A stretch of DNA of 64,000 nucleotides from contig OZ076409.1 of NCBI GenBank assembly GCA_964187785.1, positions 82,214,001 through 82,278,000 of the forward strand, written 5' to 3'. Source of the stretch: Amphiscolops sp. MND2022. Its lineage: Eukaryota. The stretch's first letter is position 1, and each line of letters opens with the position of its first letter. A program made the position numbers and the translations under genes. The notes beneath the pieces were generated by a model. It searched no databases. It saw only the letters and a program-made list of their open reading frames with translations, and was not told the origin of the DNA. This document shows, piece by piece, positions 47,962-60,900 of this stretch.

Positions 47962-48555
47962 TCAAACGTCTGCGAGATCAAGCTTAGCTATTTCCAATGC
48001 AGTCCTTTTGAATTTTTCAACTCTATTCTTCTTTGGCGCTGGCGGGCATTCCCTTACTGGGATAGTTTTTGATTTGATTGGACTGTCACAAGCAATTTGC
48101 TCTTGGTTCGTGTCGGCAATATTTGGCGACAGAGAACATGAAGCGTCTTGTGGTGATTCAGGGGTACCTCTTTTATCCCAGTAACTTTCTAAATTTTCCA
48201 AGTCTGTCGTACAACCCAACTGATTTTCTGAAACGGGTATATTTCGACAGTCAATGTCAAACAGAAGCTGTCGTACACCATACGGCAACTCGAAACGATC
48301 ATAAACTATTGTTGTAGTGAATGGCGTTTCTACAGTGTCTGTTAGGTTGAGGCTGTTTGGATTAGTTCCCGATACACATTCCAATCGCGGCAGAATAAAC
48401 AAAACTTTTGGGATTGAAGCTGAGCTTTTGATCGACCAGACGTCCTCTCACCATGCTTCTTCAATTATTGCTATTGTTTTGTTGAACCAAGTTTCGTGAA
48501 ACGTGAACCGCGAGTTACCAGACACACCAGTGAAAGACTGCATTGGTAGTTTCAT
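47962..48555 (-). pseudogene. Hypothetical protein (right arm); truncated copy at 44815-45141
   Basis: Same reading frame in both arms, each copy with a different stop. C-terminal CPPAPKK. Confidence 0.4.
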
Positions 48556-49499
48556 GGAAGCTCAATTGCTGACAAGTTGAAGAATGTGCCCAATTGTTCA
48601 CCAAAAATCAAAACTAAAAAACGAATATACATTTTGGTCGTTTTCTATTTCTCCTCTAGATTGATATCTGAGCTTGAGAGTTAATAACTCTGCTTAACAC
48701 TAAACGCCTTTGGATTTGGGAACAACCAAAGTATAATGTGTTTGAGTGGGCACATTCTAGCAAAGTTTTTGCTCTACCGTGAAGTTTTGAGTCTTGAGAA
48801 AACTGGTTGGAACGAGTTGCTTGACGTAGTTGAAAAGAATTAATTTTGCAACAGCAAACAAAGCAGGTGTTGCAGTTTAATCATTGACTATAAAGTCTTG
48901 AATAAACAAAGGTGTACCCTGGAGTACTATATCTCAATATCTGACATGACTCATTGGCTAGACAGTACATGTACAGAACCAAATTACATGCATGAAATTC
49001 CAGTTCTCGTTTCCTAGTGTCGCGAATCTGATACTCCTGCTTTTTCATGCTTTGACAGCTTCCGTCACACTGTCACAATATGCGCAACATTCATATGAAT
49101 TTATGACAGCGTTAAAATGCCACTACACAATGATCCAATTCGTTTGAATCTAACGGCGCATTTTCATTATGTAAACAAATTTTACTACTGAGCGTGACCA
49201 GCGTGCCGATGATTTTTTGATAGTGCAAACCTGTCAGTACACAATGATCCAATTTATTTATACCTGGCTGCTGAATTTTAATCCTTAAAAAACTATTTTC
49301 GCTGTCAAGCACTGGCTGACGTTGACAAGGAAACACTGGTTTGAAGATTATATTCATGCCACGTTGTATTCCTCAAACTATGCAAGCTTTACAGAGTTTT
49401 GGAATTGTCAATCGAAAAATACAAATTAGTAGTGTCGATGCATCCTTATCCGTCATTGAGAATGTCTAAGATTCTGTACAAAGTTGCAGCTGATGGGCC

Positions 49500-49967
49500 T
49501 TAAATCAACTGCTGAAATCGGCTAAACGTGGCAGTCGGTAAAAAACCAGTTTGAACACTTTTGTCTCGTCTGATTTGAACAACAGGAACTTTGCGTCGAC
49601 CCTGCGCTAGCAAGGTTTTGTTTTCTTTTAGGTTGTACTTCATTGCAACCTGCAGACGATTCATAATTTCACCTTGCATGACGAGACTCGAACAATCCGC
49701 CAACAGTAGACAGAACGTTGAATAGAGGCACGGTACATTGTAACCTTTTCTATTACTGGAATCGCACTCAAAAAGAACATGGTAGTGTGGTTGTTTGTCA
49801 AAGCCGCAAAGATAATCAGAGGTAAAAGAATGAACTTCAAATGCGTAATTTGATCCTGAAGGAATATCAAGCCCAATCATTGGTTCCTTTTCCAACACCA
49901 GGTACCGAAAATTTTTCCGATGTTGTTTGAAAAAGTGCGGATGCTGTTCATGCATTGCTTCCACCAT
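49500..49967 (-). CDS. Right-arm copy of the HUH-motif ORF (earlier stop)
   Basis: Near-identical translation to 43403-43925. Confidence 0.4.
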   Translation of the reverse strand: MVEAMHEQHPHFFKQHRKNFRYLVLEKEPMIGLDIPSGSNYAFEVHSFTSDYLCGFDKQPHYHVLFECDSSNRKGYNVPCLYSTFCLLLADCSSLVMQGEIMNRLQVAMKYNLKENKTLLAQGRRKVPVVQIRRDKSVQTGFLPTATFSRFQQLI

Positions 49968-50563
49968 ATTTCGTCTACAAAAAAAACTGTAAATGAAAGT
50001 TGATACAATTACTTAACATTGACTATATTAAAACAAAAACAGTTGCTTGGATCACGGGGTTTACAGTTGCATGAGACAATTCGAGTTTCAAGATGCTTGC
50101 ACATTCTTGAGAAACTCCATCGAAAACATTCCTTTACTCAAAAACGTTCGGAAAAGGATGTTTCATCAAGGTTGCTATAAAATATAAAGTTGTGAAAAAA
50201 TTTTTAGGTAGTTTTTCACGAAGTGTTTTCAATACCCAGTACTATCTCAGCAACGAAAAAAAACTCCGGATGATGAAACTAATTTAAAAAAAACTAGGAG
50301 GTGAAAAAATAATTATTTCGAGTATATATAACTTCACTGGACTTTAAGATTAAACAAAAGCATCACACTTACAAATGAAATAGTGCGGATTACCTAAATA
50401 TTGAATACTCCATTAACGTACAGAGTTGGAACAACGACAGGATTAAATAGAATAAAGCACATTAAAAGGGTAAATCAAGTAATTATTTTAAACGTATAAG
50501 AGGTGAAGATTGCAAAAAAGATCGGATACCACAGGAAGGGAACAACAACACCTAAAATCAAAA

Positions 50564-51174
50564 CAAGACGGGAACGTCTAAAGTCGGCGCTATATCTAAT
50601 GCTCAAGAAGCGCAAAGTTTTCTAAATATGCTCAGGACGTATTCATGAAAAGCTTTGAAAACACTTTGGAGACACCCAAAGTGTGCCTTTCATGCTCTAT
50701 ATGACTGGAAAGTCACTGTTTCCCGACTGGGAACAAAATAAAATTTGAAAAATTTTTTGAAAAATTTTTTTTGAAAAAACTTCGAAAATGTCGCATAGTG
50801 CCGAAAAAATGAGAAGGGGGACCCTTTGGGATTTATTAACATACATTTTGTTGCAAAATATCAAAAAACTCGAAGGGGGGACTCTTTTGAGACCTTAAAA
50901 AATTTCGCACAGTGTCGAAAAAAAATTGAAAGGGGGGACCCTTTGGTCTCTTCCGGTTTTGTAGGTTACGTAAAGAAGGTAAAAAAAGAAAGGGGGGACC
51001 CTTTTGCACTAATTTCCGCTGACCGGACTTGGCCTCTTATGCTAGTAATTTTAGTAGTTTCGATTGTAAGAAAAGTGGCCCAATCAGGGTGAGATTGTAG
51101 TCTGACGAAAAAAAAAAGAAAAAAAAACTAGCCACTGTAAGAGTCGGGCACTTTTCCCTAGAGAAGCGCCGACT
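50564..51174 (-). mobile_element. HINE/DINE-1-like non-autonomous Helentron inserted in the right arm
   Basis: Subterminal inverted repeat AGTCGGCGCT/AGCGCCGACT, terminal hairpin AGACG-GGAA-CGTCT, inserted in an A/T run without TSD. The left arm (about 42805-42812) shows the empty site. Confidence 0.8.
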
Positions 51175-51533
51175 AAAAAACACATCAAAAATAAACTCAA
51201 ATCGATACGTTACAGTATAAGATGGGATAGAGCGTAAATGAGGAGAGGAGCGTATGCAATGGAAACAAAAACGAAATAAATGATTTAAAAAACTAATGAT
51301 AGAAAGGGTAGATTAAAGAAAAGACAAAATCAGGGGCAAACAAAAGAAAGCATTATAGCACAGTTCACATCAAACAAAAACGATTGAGAAGATGGGATGT
51401 ACCGATGCACGAAAAATGAAATAGAAACAAAACATTCAAAAAACATATTTAACTACGATTAATGGATATGAAAACAGGAACATTAACAAAACTTGTATGC
51501 TGCAATTACTTTTGAAAAGAGTTGTACAACTTT

Positions 51534-51915
51534 TCATTCCTTCTTATCAGCAGTTTTTTGCTTCTTGACATCAGCAGCCCCCGTATAGTTTTGAGCAATC
51601 CTCTTATTGATTTTCTTCTCCCCCATACTGCCGTCTGGATTGGGAGGGCCCATGCTAATGTTTTCTACATTCGCTATCATTTCCTGAAACTCCTTTCCTG
51701 AGACCCACTCTCTGTTGCAAGCGAAAGTCATCTTGATCCTCTTTTTTCTTGAACAACTTGATATTGATGTATGTAAGACCACTGTCTTTATATGTGTTTG
51801 TGGTCACGCGGACAAGTCGTTTATCAGATGTTGCCACGTCAATATGGGCATCTCCAAACTCGAGATCTTTTGAGGATGTGACAGAGCTGAAAGTCATGGC
51901 TGATTTCTGATACAT
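51534..51915 (-). pseudogene. Right-arm copy of the PC4-like ORF, frameshifted
   Basis: Small deletion near 51697 splits it into two ORFs. Confidence 0.55.
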
Positions 51916-54900
51916 TTTGACTGGTGATTATGCTGTTCTACCGGTGATCTCAAGACAAATGTCTGAAAAAAATTTACTGACAAAATACTTGAAGTAAACT
52001 GAAGCTCAATGACATTTGACATAACAGAGAACTTGTTGCATACAAAACAATGTTTACAAGGCACAAAACTTTAACACCACCGAAATGGCTTGCTTTTCTT
52101 TTTTCATTCACTAAATTTGATGAATGTTTTGAAACGAGATACTAATGATTGAAACAGAATCGAGACCTCAAAATTCAAATCATTTCCATTCGCTAGTTCA
52201 TCGTAAACAAAATTTAGTATAGATTGTTTTTGTTTTGGTCAAGCAGACCGGATGCAAGATTGATATTGGATCAATAGATCTCTGTAGTTGCCAATTCCAT
52301 AATGATTAAACAAAGCGATACGCTCTGTAAACATGAAAGCGACACCGAAACTTTGTATTTATTGAATGTTTATTACGCAGTAGCTTCAACAGGCGTGTCG
52401 CGAGTGGCATATAGACCTCCGTAGTTACAAATTCCAGATCGATCAAACAGAGCGACTAGCTGTGTAAACATGAAAGCGACGTCGACCCTTTGTACTTGTG
52501 ATTAATCATTAAACAGTAGCTTCAATAATTGAGTAGCTTTGAGACAATATAGACCATACTCTTGATTGGTCACAACTTTACAATATTTAGAATCCTCATT
52601 CGTAGGTAGATGCATTCTGAAACATTCAATTCTTGATAGGGTAAAGGCTCCGTGTCTCAGCTGGAGGTATTCAAGAAATACCATTGGAAACGAAGATCGG
52701 CGTAAGATTTCCTTTCTGTTCATTTCGAGTAACCTTTAAAAAAAGTTTCTCGCTGATGTGCAATTCTATCAATATGTATACTTTTCTCCAACCTGTTTAA
52801 TAGTCGCTTTTCTAGTTTGCAGGTAATCGAAAGGAAACAGCAGGTTTGCATGACATTTTGTTGCAACAGTTGCTGAATTGTCTACTTCATCTATTCTAAT
52901 ATCAGCCGAAATTACCTGAAAGCACATATTTAGATGGTGTTATCATGTTTTTCGACCAACACTAAAATACTTGAACACAATGAAATCTAGTTTCCATAGG
53001 CATATGGAATTTGTTCTCCAGTTGGGCGAAAACATTGCAGGCTGTACAGCCTGAGATGTAGGGTTTGATTTGGGAAAAGTATCGATACAGTTTTGCGAAG
53101 ATGAGAAAACAAGTAACTTGAATTATCTTCGCTCGATTTACATGATATGACCTAGGGACAATTTAATCTAAGTCTAATTGACTACTATCTGTTCTACTTT
53201 TTGCTTAAAAATCCAGTACTAAAATTGGCGCAGTGGATGTAAACTAGACCTGCAATTGATTACACACTGTTAAATTGAATCACAAAATACCCAAGAACAG
53301 AGATGAGGACAAGGGTTAAAAGTTTTGTTAGCGCAAAATGTTTCTCTTGAAAACCCAAAACTCGGTGGTTGATAATTTCACAGGGGATATCTTTGATCTG
53401 TTTTTCTTATTAACTGAAATACTAAACGCCTGGAAGCTTAGATTATGAGATGAATAGTATTTGTGGTAGACAACCGACTGGCAAAGTCTCGCTTGGTGGG
53501 TACAAGAATCTTGCCATTTACAGCCTAAAACTAGACAAACAAAAAAGAACCAAGATTTTTTAAGGTCTTAGAGTTCTATGTAAATCGACTCATTTGCTCA
53601 GTGTGTATTTCTGTGAAAGCACACTTTGCCTCATCTCAAACTTCACATAAATCGGCTTAGCATCCATTCAAAGTTAATCAACCAGTGGTATAAAATGAGT
53701 TGACAAGTCATGGACACTCTTGAATTTGAAATTCCTATTTGCGATGACGGCCGGTGGAATGAGGTTTTAAAAAGGAATATTTCCAATAGTTCAAGTTTTG
53801 TTCTCTTTCACGGTCAAAAAATTGCTACAAATTGCCGAAATACTCCAATTTCAAACAAGTTTTTAGTTTTTTTTCATTTTTCGAGATTTTCCATGTCCTG
53901 AAAAAGTGTTCACAGGACCTTTTCCACTCATTTCCGTTGATTGCAACGCTTCTAACAACATTTTTGAACGTTTCACAACATTGGTGGTTTTTTCGACAAT
54001 TTTTTATAAATTTTTCGATTTTTTGCATGTAGCGTATAGAAGGAGGGGGTGTGTTTACATTTTTGACAGTTTTATCGTTTTTTTTGTTTTCTGATGTCAA
54101 CGGTGCGGTTTTTTTTCATTTCTGATTGTTCCAGATACTTTCCCGAGTTTTTGTAAGATTACCAAAGTTTTTCCAATTTTTGCATGTAGAGTGGGTGTGT
54201 GGGGAAGGGGGTGGTGTTCACCAGATTTTCTTGTAATTTTTTTTCTTCAGCACAGCAAGAAAATTTTTTAGAAAGCGTTTTTAATTACTCGAATATAAAC
54301 GTAATTTGTGTTTAGAACTTATTTTCATCATAAATTTTTGGTAAAATTTCAAACCCCCCCCCTCAAGTTTGCTAATAAGATATAACACCGCACTACTAAC
54401 GTTACTCACTAATTTTACAGCGTTTTCAGATAAAATTCGATTCTGAGCTCTTGATTCACTTTATTGTGGCAGAAAAAACGCGCTAATCAGTTGTGAAACT
54501 TTGTTCTCTGCTAACAAAATTGAAACCAAACTTATATTGATACGAGAATTAGACTTCGCAATGACAGAGGCTATTCATTTAGTAAATTTTGCTAGCTAAA
54601 CTCTATGATCTTTGGGAATCATATCATGAAACTTGAAATCAATGCCTCGTCAGTACCTAAATTTTTCAAAATTCTTGCCCAGATTTCGAATATAGTTACA
54701 AAACCGGGTTAATATATATAGATTTCCTGTTCTTTGAGTCTCAAGGTGACCTCTTTAATTGTTTCCTGGTACAGTGGGAATGATGCGTTTTCTCTTTATT
54801 TTTTTGGGAATATATTGAAAAATATATTTTCAGGTCTGTGTGATTTTCTAAATGAACTTTTTTTCCCTTTTCGCTACAGGTTAGCTGCTTGCTGGCTTTC

Positions 54901-54936
54901 CTTCTCAAAAAAATCATATAGAAGAACTCGTTTTTA

Positions 54937-57900
54937 GTCGGCGCTTTTATAAATGAAAGAGCCCGACTGTTACGACTTCCGTTAGAGTCTAGAGTCGTTG
55001 TTCTGTACATTTCTGAATTTTTTGTTGCTTTTTTGAAGGACAATCTTCTTTTCTAGCTTCTCTTGATGTAAAGATTTTCGGATTTATCAATTTTGAATTG
55101 AAGTTGGCAGAGTAATTGTTTTAACAAAACAAAGATGAGCTTAATAAAAGATCACAGATTGAAATACAAATTGAATCAGAAATTGAATGAATAAGTTTAC
55201 AGGTACAAGCTATATATACCCTCCTAGCATCATCTGTTCATACTCGCGTACTTTAATTTCCATGGAGATATTAGTTACTTCCTGTAATTTTGCGGCAAAA
55301 TATTGATCTTCGTCAGCATTTCGTCAATTTTTAAGACACGGCAATTCTAATCTACTATTAGTCATCAACCATGATCATATCTTTTCATTCCGGCGTCGTT
55401 TTGTTTCCTCCCAAGCCGGAAGTAGATATTACTTCAGTCTGTCAAACCGGAAATACTTCCCCGTTTTTCTGCTTTGGTTCGTAAGAAACCGACGCGGAGA
55501 TGACGCTGACGTGAACAACTAATACCTGATTTTGAAATTTCACTTAAAGAAAATTATGTCTAATTATCTTGATTTAGACAATTTGGTGATGCTAAGAGAG
55601 CGACTGATTTACATGAGGCTAAACAATTAAATATTTCAACAATTGATAATTATTTATCTGATTAAAAATAGGAGCAACACCTTTGGGCAACAAGAAAAGA
55701 CGACGTGACATCGTCAAACAGCATATGAACTTATCAAATTAGGTAATCAAAACGTACATTTAAAATCCAGGTTGGACTTCACTTTATTACCACAAATTGA
55801 ATATAAACTGTGACTTTTCAATTTATATCGTGTTAAAACACTGTTATTTTAAGTAAATCTGAAAAATCTTGGCTCAAATGCCATATTCCGTTCGAACTCA
55901 ATCTTAGTCGACGCAATACTGACGTAGAAATGTGTTATCTCAACTTCTTATATATTAGTTGACGAAGCGTTGACGTAGATTCAAAATTTGGCTTTGTTAG
56001 TTAAATGGCGACGTAGTGTTGACGTTGATTCCTATTCTAGCTTCGATTAGTTTTACCATAGTGAAGTAAGGCTTCTTTTAAATTTAAAACTGACTAAAAC
56101 GCCTAATTTCACAAATTTGGGACGTAGTGTGGACGTAAATTTGGTATTGGACTTAGTCCGCCATTATAGTGGACGTAGCGTGGACGTAAATGTGGTATTT
56201 TGGATGGATTGAAACAGCTATTTTGATGGATTTGCAACAACACGTTGACAAGTGTTCTCAGCTACCTTGGCAATCTGCCAAGTTTGACGAGTTGCTGACG
56301 CATATTTTGGAATGAATTTTAGACTAGCTGCCAAGTTAGACGAGATGCTGACGTCATATTTTGGAATGATCTTCTGACTAGCTGCCAAGTTAGACGAGAT
56401 GCTGACGTCACATTTTGGAATGAAATTCTAGCTAGCTGCCATAGCTGTGACGCAGCGTAGTCGCGACGCAAGTTCAATCGTATTGGCGACGCGGTGACCT
56501 ATATTAGTTTTAGTTTGTTTTTAATTCAATCCAGTACGGGTGCGGACTGTGACAGGGACACTCTCATAGGACGAATGGTTCTCGGGGGCTTGATAAAATG
56601 AAAGAGATGATGTTAGGGAAGCATTTTACCGTCAATTAATTGGTTATCAAATTGTTTTTGTTTTTTCAAGTAATTCCAATGATATGTCTCGGTTGTATTT
56701 TGCAGGAAAATGAATAAAATTCTACTGTCATCACTACGTATGTCCGGAAATGTGTGAAATTGTTTCGGAATGTTTTAGGTTCTGAAATCATTTATAATTT
56801 AGATTTTGATGATTTTAACTTGTCACAGTTTATTTCAGTTTAATAATATAGTCTAACTGTTTTCATAATGCATCCATGATCACGGCCAAACAGCGCCTCT
56901 TGGCAACCACAATCCAGGCCGGGCGCGGACTGTGACAGGGCCACTCTCATGGGACGAAGATATCTCATGGGGTTTTCGAAACTGAAGAGAGGATTGTTTT
57001 GGTTGTACGCTTTCCCAGAGGAATGTGACATTTCCGGTACCACTCTGTAGTACGGTATAGCACTCTTTGGGAGGTGGTAGAAGCTGTCTTTTAATTCCTT
57101 TGTAGTCCCAGGTGTTGACGTTTTGCCAACGTCACGTTTTTATTGGCCGGGAATTAAATTAATTCGTTTGACCAAAATTGTCAACGTTTTGCTGACGTCC
57201 ATTTCGTTAGCATAGCCAACTTTTAAATTTGTCACCGTCTTGATGACGTCATTCTAGATTATAGGATTAATCTTAACCCTGATAACCTTTGTGTCGACGT
57301 TATGCCGACGTCAATTTCGTTGGTAATTAGCCAACTTTAGGTTTTGTCACCGTTTTGATGACGTCAATTTCGTTAGCGAGTAGCCAACTTCAATTTTTTG
57401 TCATCGTTTTGATGACGTCATTGTTTATGGGCTGTTTGAACCCTGTCATTCACAGATCCATATGATCTTAAAAGACCATGATGTGCAAAGTGATAATAAG
57501 GTTCATTTCTGTGCTCTGAGGGAGATGTGCGTATTAGTGACGCCGGCGCGCTGGTTATTCAACAACCCTTAGGTTTGTTACATTCCCCGTTCCATTAAGC
57601 TTTCGTGTTTAATACTTATGACAGAGTGCTCTACTCTATCAGTATTTCCACAGCTTAGATTTTCTGACGCGTCTCATCGGGAATGTGTGCTTCAGCGACT
57701 ATGCCATTGTCATGTTTCTAACGCACAACTCACCATCAGGAAGATTCTACTTTTTTTAAACTTACGGATGTGAAATAATTTACCTGTCTCTGGAATCACC
57801 CAGAGAACATGTTGCCAGCTTTTGGAACCACGTGTTGTGGTAGTCGATGTCCTCGTGTTGGACTGCATCTGACGATGTACTGACGGGATCGTTGTTGTTG

Positions 57901-60900
57901 TTGCAGTCGTCGAATTTCAACTCGTTTATCATCAGTAGGTCAACATGTCTCCATTTGCCGTTTGGGTTGCGCTGCTCAATTATTGGGTTAGCGAGTTTGA
58001 AGAATGGGAGGGTCGTAGTTATGTTGTATTTCTATATAGGTGCAAGTGCGTCTGTGAGGTCTGCTATGAGATTGATGGTTTCTGGCGAGTCTTCGTATGT
58101 AGACGGAGCTGTCGTTCATCTGGGTTAATTTCATTTTGAAAATGTTGTTGATTTCAATATCGTTTTTTGGTGAAGCTGCGTCTTGGGTCAAGATTCTCAC
58201 GGTCGACGAGTTCGCGAAGTTTCTTTGACAATTTGGCGTTGGGTTGGTGTAGGTTTGTTTTCTTTTCCGGGGCGAAGAGCATCCACAATGTGGAGGGACG
58301 ATGTTTGGATGGTAGTTTATGCTGAGGTTTTCTTGGGTACATTTGTTGAAAGGTCCAAAACTCCTGTCACCATGTTACGACTTCCGTTAGAGTCGTTCTT
58401 CGGTACATTTCTGAATTTTGTGTTGCTTTTTTGAAGGACAAGCTTCTTTTCTAGCTTCTCTTGATGAAACGATTTTCGGATTTGTCAATTTTGAATTGAA
58501 GTTGGCAGAGTAATTGTTTTAACAAAACAAAGTTGAGCTAAATAAAAGATCGCAGATTGAAATACAAATTGAATCAGAAATTGAATGAATAAGTTTACAG
58601 GTAAAAGCTATATATACCCTCCTAGCATCATCTGTTCATACTCGCGTACTTTAATTTCCATCAAAAGATTAGTCACTTCCTGTAACTTTGCGGCAAAATA
58701 TTGATCTTCGTCAGCATTTCCTCAATTTTTAAGACACGGCAATTCTAATCTACTATTAGTCATCAACCATGATCATATCTTTTCATTCCGGCGTCGTTTT
58801 GTTTCCTCCCAAGCCGGAAGTAGATATTACTTCAGTCTGTCAAACCGGAAATACTTCCCCGTTTTTCTGCTTTGGTTCGCAAGAAACCGACGCGGAGATG
58901 ACGCTGACGTGAACAACTAATACCTGATTTTGAAATTTCACTTAAAGAAAATTATGTCTAATTATCTTGATTTAGACAATTTGGTGATGCTAAGAGAGCG
59001 ACTGATTTACATGAGGCTAAACAATTAAATATTTCAACAATTGATAATTATTTATCTGATTAAAAATAGGAGCAACACCTTTGGGCAACAATAAAAGACG
59101 ACGTGACATCGTCAAACAGCATATGAACTTATGAAATTAGGTAATCAAAACGTACAATTAAAATCCAGCTTGGACTTCACTTTATTACCACAAATTGAAA
59201 ATAAACTGTGACTTTTCAATTTATATCGTGTTAAAACACCGTTATTTTAAGTAAAACTGAAAAATCCTGGCTTAAATACCATATTCCGTTCGAACTCAAT
59301 CTTAGTCGACGCAATACTGACGTAGAAAAGTGTTATCTCAACTTCTAGTATATTAGTTGACGAAGTGTTGACGTAGATTCAAAATTTGGCTTGGTTAGTT
59401 AAATGGCGACGTAGTATTGACGTTGATTCATATTCTAGCTTCGATTAGTTTTACCATAGTGAAGTAAGGCTTCTTTTAAATTTAAAACTGACTAAAACGC
59501 CTAATTTCACAAATTTGGGACGTAGTGTGGACGTAAATTTGGTATTGGACTTAGTCCGCCATTAAAGTGGACGTAGCGTGGACGTAAGTTTGGTATTAGA
59601 CTTAGTCCGCCATTATAGTGGACGTAGCGTGGACGTAAATGTGGTATTTTGGATGGATTGAAACAGCTATTTTGATGGATTTACGACAACACGTTGACAA
59701 GTGTTCTCAGCTAGCTTGGCAATCTGCCAAGTTTGACGAGTTGCTGACGCATATTTTGGAATGAATTTTAGACTAGCTGCCAAGTTAGACGAGATGCTGA
59801 CCTTATATTTTGGAATGATTTTCTGACTAGCTGCCAAGTTAGACGAGATGCTGACGTCACATTTTGGAATGAAATTCTAGCTAGCTGCCATAGCTGTGAC
59901 GTAGCGTAGTCGCGACGCAAATTCAATCGTATTGGCGAAGCGGTGACCTATATTAGTTTTAGTTTGTTTTTAATTCAATCCAGTCCGGGTGCGGACTGTG
60001 ACAGGGCCACTCTCATAGGACGAATGGTTCTCGGGGGCTTGATAAAATGAAAGAGATGATGTTAGGGAAGCATTTTACCGTCAAATAATTGGTTATCAAA
60101 TTGTTTTTGTTTTTTCAAGTAATTCCAATGATATGTCTCGGTTGTATGTTGCAGGAAAATGAATAAAATTCTACTGTCATCACTACGTATGTCCGGAAAT
60201 GTGTGAAATTGTTTCGGAATGTTTTAGGTTCTGAAATCATTTATAATTTAGATTTTGATGATTTTAACTTGTCACAGTTTTATTCAGTTTAATAATATAG
60301 TCGAACTGTTTTCATAATGCATCCATGATCACGGCCAAACTGCGCCTCTTGGCAACCACAATCCAGGCCGGGCGCGGACTGTGACAGGGCCACTCTCATG
60401 GGACGAAGATATCTCATGGGGTTGTCGAAACTGAAGAGAGGATTGTTTTGGTTGTACGCTTTCCCAGAGGAATGTGACATTTCCGGTACCACTCTGTAGT
60501 ACGGTATAGCACTCTTTGGGAGGTGGTAGAAGCTGTCTTTTAATTCCTTTGTAGTCCCAGATGTTGACGTTTTGCCAACGTCACGTTTTTATTGGCCGCG
60601 AATTAAATTAATTCGTTTGACCAAAATTGTCAACGTTTTGCTGACGTCCATTTCGTTAGCATAGCCAATTTTTAAATTTGTCACCGTTTTGATGACGTCA
60701 TTCTAGATTATAGGATTAATTCTTAACCCTGATAACCTTTGTGTCGACGTTATGCCGACGTCAATTTCGTTGGTAATTAGCCAACTTTAGGTTTTGTCAC
60801 CGTTTTGATGACGTCAATTTCGTTAGCGAGTAGCCAACTTTAATTTTTTGTCATCGTTTTGATGACGTCAGTGTTTATGGGCTGTTTGAACCCTGTCATT

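Larger units (their letters stand above)
39130..54397. mobile_element. Giant fold-back element with Polinton-type ends, apparently non-autonomous, 15,268 bp
   Basis: Starts AGTAGTGCGGTGTTATATC, ends GATATAACACCGCACTACT, AACGTT on both flanks (39124-39129, 54398-54403). Arms 39130-45381 and 46894-54397 are inverted copies. Confidence 0.85.

Noticed and set aside
39130..54397. Assembly fold-back artefact
   Set aside because: Arms differ by many substitutions, large indels and a transposon insertion, and both flanks are unique.
54879..54936. Candidate exon 5 of the channel gene after CTACAG (also TTTTAG near 39005)
   Set aside because: Stops occur quickly in the required phase and there is no channel similarity.
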